Shown here: piece by piece, positions 55,472-64,000 of the stretch
How the letters are laid out: each line of letters opens with the position of its first letter
How positions within the stretch are numbered: the first letter of the stretch is position 1
The notes under the pieces: model-generated
What the model saw: only the letters and a program-made list of their open reading frames with translations
Databases searched by the model: none
Told to the model about the DNA's origin: nothing
Assembly (NCBI RefSeq): GCF_009914755.1
Contig: NC_060929.1
Length of the DNA stretch: 64,000 nucleotides
Reading direction: 5' to 3' (one strand)
DNA from: the human T2T-CHM13v2.0 reference genome, Homo sapiens
Position numbers and translations under genes: made by a program

Positions 55472-58374
55472 TTAAACATTAGGATATAGCTGTCCAATCT
55501 TTTTCTACATTTATATTATACACAAATCAAAATACATATACACACATGCTACACTTTTAAAAAACAAAAATAGGATTATGTATAATGTTACACAACTCGG
55601 TCTGTTTATTTTATCTTCCATGCTCATCTTTCCATGTCAGTGTAGGTGAGCTCTACCTAAGAAAAGCTTCGTAGGTACCACTACTTATTTAATCAGTCTC
55701 CTCCTGCTGAACTCTTAGACTTTTTCTAAACTGTCATCATTACAAAATTCCTACAATGAACACCCTTGTGTTAAGTTGAATCATTTCAAATTGCTGTTTG
55801 TGTATATCAAAAAATGGTTGAATAGCAGTAATTTCAAATGGGTCATACTATACATTTGTATTTCTATAGGATACACTTCTTGAAGTGGGATTGGTGCATC
55901 AAAGAAGATGTGCATTTTTATTTTGATGACTACTACTACACTACCCACCTCATAGATATGCCAATTTATACTGTGCTCATTCCCCATGCCCTTGACAATA
56001 ATAAAAGCTTTCAATCTTTTTAATTTTTGCTAGAAGATTATGCCTCCGTGTTTTGCTTTGCTTTCTTTCCTGATGATTGAGGAGGCTGAATATCTTTTCG
56101 TATGCATACTGCACCCAGGACACTTAAAACATCATTTGATTCTCCCACAATCCTCCAAACACACTCCTATTTACAAAAAGAAAATCAAACCTCTTTTTGA
56201 GAGAATTAAAGAACAGATGCCTATCGTTAAAAGGATTCCTTTTAGGAAGCTGGGACGGATTATTTTTCTGCCTTCAAATTTCTATTCGTTTCTGTTACTG
56301 GACACACAAACATGTATTGTTTTTGCCTAGAGCGAACTCCTTTGACCTCACTCTTCTGTTTTCTGAATTTGAATCACTTGGAAAATCCACTGGGCTTTGG
56401 ATCTGAGAAGCCGACACTGGGCTCTGGGCAAAGCTGTGGGCTTTGCAGCCTGCCAGCAGGGGGCCTCTTCAGCTCTGAGAGGCCTCCTGGCCAGAGCTCC
56501 ATTTCCTCCCTCCTAAACAAGCTTCTCCCCAGCGCAGAGAGGCAGTTGCTGGCTTCCACTTAGGCAGGATAATTTAGTGAATGAAAGTCGTTTGGCTTCC
56601 ACCATAGTAATTAGTATGCAAATTACCAGTATATTACCTGCAGAGTCATAAATTACATTGACAGACTTAATATTCACAGATTCAACATTCCAGTGAGGGT
56701 AATTTTTCTATTTTTCAATAGTTGTAGACCAGGCCGATCCACCACCTTATTGAACTGTTATGCATTAAATCAACAGTTGAAAAATTAAGCATTTTCCAAA
56801 GCATTTTATTATGCATTTATTTCTTTCAGTAGGCAGTCAAGTGGAACATTAAATATGCAGTGTGTCTAAGAGTACTAAATGGCTGGTGAATACATTTAAG
56901 CCTAAAACAGTTTTTTTGTAACTTAAAAAAAGAGACACAACACAGGAAAATCTATATCATAATACAATCTATTGAATCTTTGCCAACACCATTAGAACCA
57001 AATATTTTCTAGCTCAGGTTCCCGTAAGTAAGAGGAATCATTAATCCCCAATAAGTGGTTCAAGCTAATGCTGCTCACAAATGGAAAATGGCTGGCCCAT
57101 AGGAAAGGGGTGCAGTGAGTCCACGTAGGGGTGGACAGGGTCAAGTCTCATCATGTCAACATGATCTTTCCTTCTTCTATTCACCCAAGAGACCAACTGA
57201 GCCCGTATTCTGTGCCAGGTCAACAAGATGATTCCTGCCTCCAGGGGATTTAAGGACAGTTAGAGTCAAAGTCTCTTAGCTCAGCCCCTGCTGATGGACA
57301 GCATGGTGAGCACTAATCATTGAAGAGTCATGGGGAACACCCAGCACCTTTTCTACGTCCAGCCTCAAAAGCCACTGGAAAGTTAGTGAGACTCAATAAT
57401 TCCTTCCTCCAGTTCCTCTCTGCACATTCCTACAAAATAAAATTACCTTTGCTTTAAGAGTCTAACATTACTATTGAGGCCATTGAAGGACATATTTATT
57501 GATGGTTTCAACAAGGAGATCTGAGAAAGGTGACTAGAGATGGTTAGCAGGAATGTACTGAGAGACACCCATTCACAGATGTGCAGATAACGCCAAATTG
57601 CAAATAAACCAGGTGGCTGATGTCTGACATTTGGTCCTTAACTTTAGAAAGTACTTAGCATTTAGAATACCATCCTTCAAACCAAACAAAAGAATTATCC
57701 TACGGAGATAGAAAAAGGCAGGGGAAGAAAACCACTTTGCTGCCACAGCTTGGGCCTGCAGTGGCTTCTGTGTCCCCACACTGTATTTGAGGATGGGCAT
57801 CACCACTTCAAATTCTGGGGGAAGAGCCCCTTGGCCCTGGTTTTCTACTCTCTGTAACCAGCTCACACCTTTCTTTGTGGAGCTATGATCGGCTGAGGAA
57901 ATGAATTGTTTTCAAAGAGTCTTTCTGAAGAGTGAGCCAAATGGAAGTAGGACAAGATATCTCAGTTAATGTGGGGGTCCGGTAAAGAATGTGCAATTCA
58001 AGCCTCCTACCCTGTAACATTTCTCAGGGTTGGAGGTTGCATGCTATGAAGGCTGGAAGAAGTCAGAACATAAGGCAGGAGTTGAAAACAAATGTGCATC
58101 GTGTACTTCTCCAAAAGCCACAAATATATAATATCATCTACAGGGAGGTTTACTGTAACATTAGCCTGTCTTGTGATCACTCATTCAGTAAGTATTTACT
58201 GAGTGCATATTATGTGCTGACACTGTCTTCTATCAAAATTTTTCTCTTAAATGTCAGCATAGAATCTCATACTTTATTTTATAATGCATTTTTAAAACTG
58301 CCAGATTATTAGTATGAACTTTAAGAGCAGAAAGTGCTTACTCACCAGAGAATAGGCCTTTTAAAAGTTGATTC

Positions 58375-59950
<1,576 letters not shown>

Positions 59951-60574
59951 AAACAGGTTCCCCTTACTCATTCATTGTATAAATAATATTTGAAGAGCTG
60001 CTAAATGTGACACATGGTTTTTAGGTGATGAATATGTGAGCAAGACACAAAGAAAACTCATAGTGACCCAGAGCACAAGCCTTGGAGTCAGTTAGCAGGG
60101 TTCAAATCTCAGCTATGCCACTATTTGTTGGGTGAACCTAACAAAGTGACTTAATTGTGCTTTATCTCAGTCACATGCCTATTGAATATGAAATGATACA
60201 AACCTCAGAGGGCTTCACAAAGATTACATGAGATAATACAAATACATGTAAAAAGAAAAATCTAATTAATATAAAAATCATTGAAGAGCAGTTGATGCAA
60301 GAAAGCCTTGATGAACTGAATTCCTAAAGACAAGCCTTTCATAGATAAACAGAAAGCTATGGCAGTTTCTTAGGGGTAAAAGCTAGATAAGAGTGAGGAC
60401 AGCTGGGGAGAAAGGGCTGCCAAAGGCTAAGGGATTTTACTAGGTCAGAAAAATATTTGAAGAAATAATGCCAAAAACATTTCAAAATTAGATTTTAAGA
60501 AATCAATAAAGGCATAAGAAAAACAAATGAAAGGCATAAAAATAAAAAAGAAGAAAAAGTAAAACAGTCTTTGT

Positions 60575-62545
<1,971 letters not shown>

Positions 62546-63059
62546 AAAATGAATGAGTGAGTGAGCAAGCAATGAACTAATAAACAAAATTTCACTGTGG
62601 GCTAGAATAGCCAAGCTAGACCTCATGAAGACATTCAACTGTACTGGTGAGACTTGACTGACAGGAAAGAAGTGGATAAGACCATCCTGTATGAGTGGGA
62701 AGAAGAGAGAGAGTGATATAACAAAAGGAAAAACCACAAAAACATGCCTCTAATGTTTTCCTCCTTTCCTTTATAAGCAATCAAAAACTACAGAGCATTG
62801 AGACAGACATAAAACAAATAGGCTTATACCAACAGTAAGTGTTAATGCCCCTGTGCATAGACTGGCAGCTGAGAGTATTTGGGTTGTTATCACCTCAAGT
62901 TCCACCAGCAGCTATGGTCCATGGCTGACCTTAACCAAAGGTGAGAGTGGAGAACTACCCTCTTTCCCAAGAGGAAAGGAGTATCTTTGCTACTTACATT
63001 GGCTCCTGAAATTTTTATCTCAGCCAGATGTAACCTGGGGTCATTATCAATGTTTAAAC

Positions 63060-63365
63060 CTTTTTTGTTTTGTTTTGAGATGGGGTCTCACTCTGTCATC
63101 TAGCCTGCAGTGCAATAGCTGCAGATCATGGCTCACTGCAGCCTCAAACTCCTGGGCTCAAGTGATTCTCTGCCTCCTGAGCAGCTAGGACTACAGGCAC
63201 TAGGTACACGCCACTACGCCTGGATAATTTTCTTATTTTTCTTTTGTAGAGACAGGGGCTTGCTGTGTTGCCCAGGCTGGCCTCGAAGTCCCAGCCTCAA
63301 GCAGGATCCTCCTGCTTTGGCCTCCCAAAGTGTTGGGATTACAGGTGTGGGCCATTGGGCCCAAC
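63060..63365 (-). mobile_element. Alu (AluJ-like)
   Basis: Alu body; perfect 13-bp TSD TCAATGTTTAAAC (63047-63059 / 63366-63378). Confidence 0.93.
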
Positions 63366-64000
63366 TCAATGTTTAAACATTTACTTCATGGAAAAACAAG
63401 GTGTCCTTGCACCTCAGACTTCATTTTTTCAGGAGTTCAGGTCTATTGCCTAGTGCGCTGAGAGCTGGCTTCTGGTCTTGCCAGTTCTAAGATGAATTCA
63501 GATGTAGATGAGTTCTAAGATGGAGCACAGGGTGCCCTGCCCACTCTCAGCTCAAGGTAAAATTCCACCCTCCCAAGGATGTTCAGATGACAATCACTCA
63601 GACCCCAGATGACAATCACTCAGACCACTGGAAGGAAACAATTGTTCAACAGACCAAAAGTGATAGAGGCAAATGGTTGATAATGGTTGGAAATAATAGA
63701 AAAAGAAATCTCCTTTTTCTCTATCTTTACAGATAGATCAAGCACACATTTGAACAATTTAAATGAAAGAAATGGAGGATCTATGTTTTATAAAACAAAA
63801 ATTCACAAAATACTAGGAACAATTTTTCCTTACATTTTGTGGAGACCACAATTTTATCATCTAAGAGTTTCTGTCCCTCGATCTCAGCCTTGCTTACCCT
63901 CTATGTCATTGATGGGAGGGACAGAACAGTGAGAGAAATATTTTCACTCTCACTGCTTGGTCCAGGAGTTGGGTTACAGTCACGTGGCTCTAGAAGTGTG

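Noticed and set aside
57013-57023. 11-nt micro-exon (TTTTCTAG|CTCAGGTTCCC|GTAAGT)
   Set aside because: Short pyrimidine tract, weak exonic donor bases, frame-shifting length and no host gene evidence.

Overview
Primate (very likely human) genomic DNA, non-coding and dominated by interspersed repeats: Alu, L1, L2, MIR, MaLR/ERVL/ERV1 solo LTRs and DNA-transposon relics. I do not recognise an intact cellular protein-coding gene, and I cannot name the locus. Main structures: (1) a CpG-island-like, promoter-like region at about 1.8-2.6 kb, with candidate spliced plus-strand non-coding exons downstream (14955-15070, 16568-16610); (2) a full-length but inactivated L1PA4-like LINE-1 (22461-28605, +) nested in an L2, retaining the ~129-bp 5'UTR segment lost in younger L1s; (3) two well-formed minus-strand exons (19995-19895, 19655-19391) about 2.6 kb downstream of a splice donor in the L1 antisense-promoter region. 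Spliced to that donor they give a continuous 124-codon ORF, a candidate L1-antisense-promoter/ORF0-type chimeric transcript. This is the best 'new system' candidate but is inference only. The window also has several template-switch signatures (an inverted copy of ~145 bp bracketing the L1, hairpins at two Alu 5' ends, perfect palindromes, clustered micro-duplications) and a few repeat-poor stretches rich in homeodomain/SOX/POU motifs that may be enhancers. Repeat family names are recalled from consensus sequences, not from a search.
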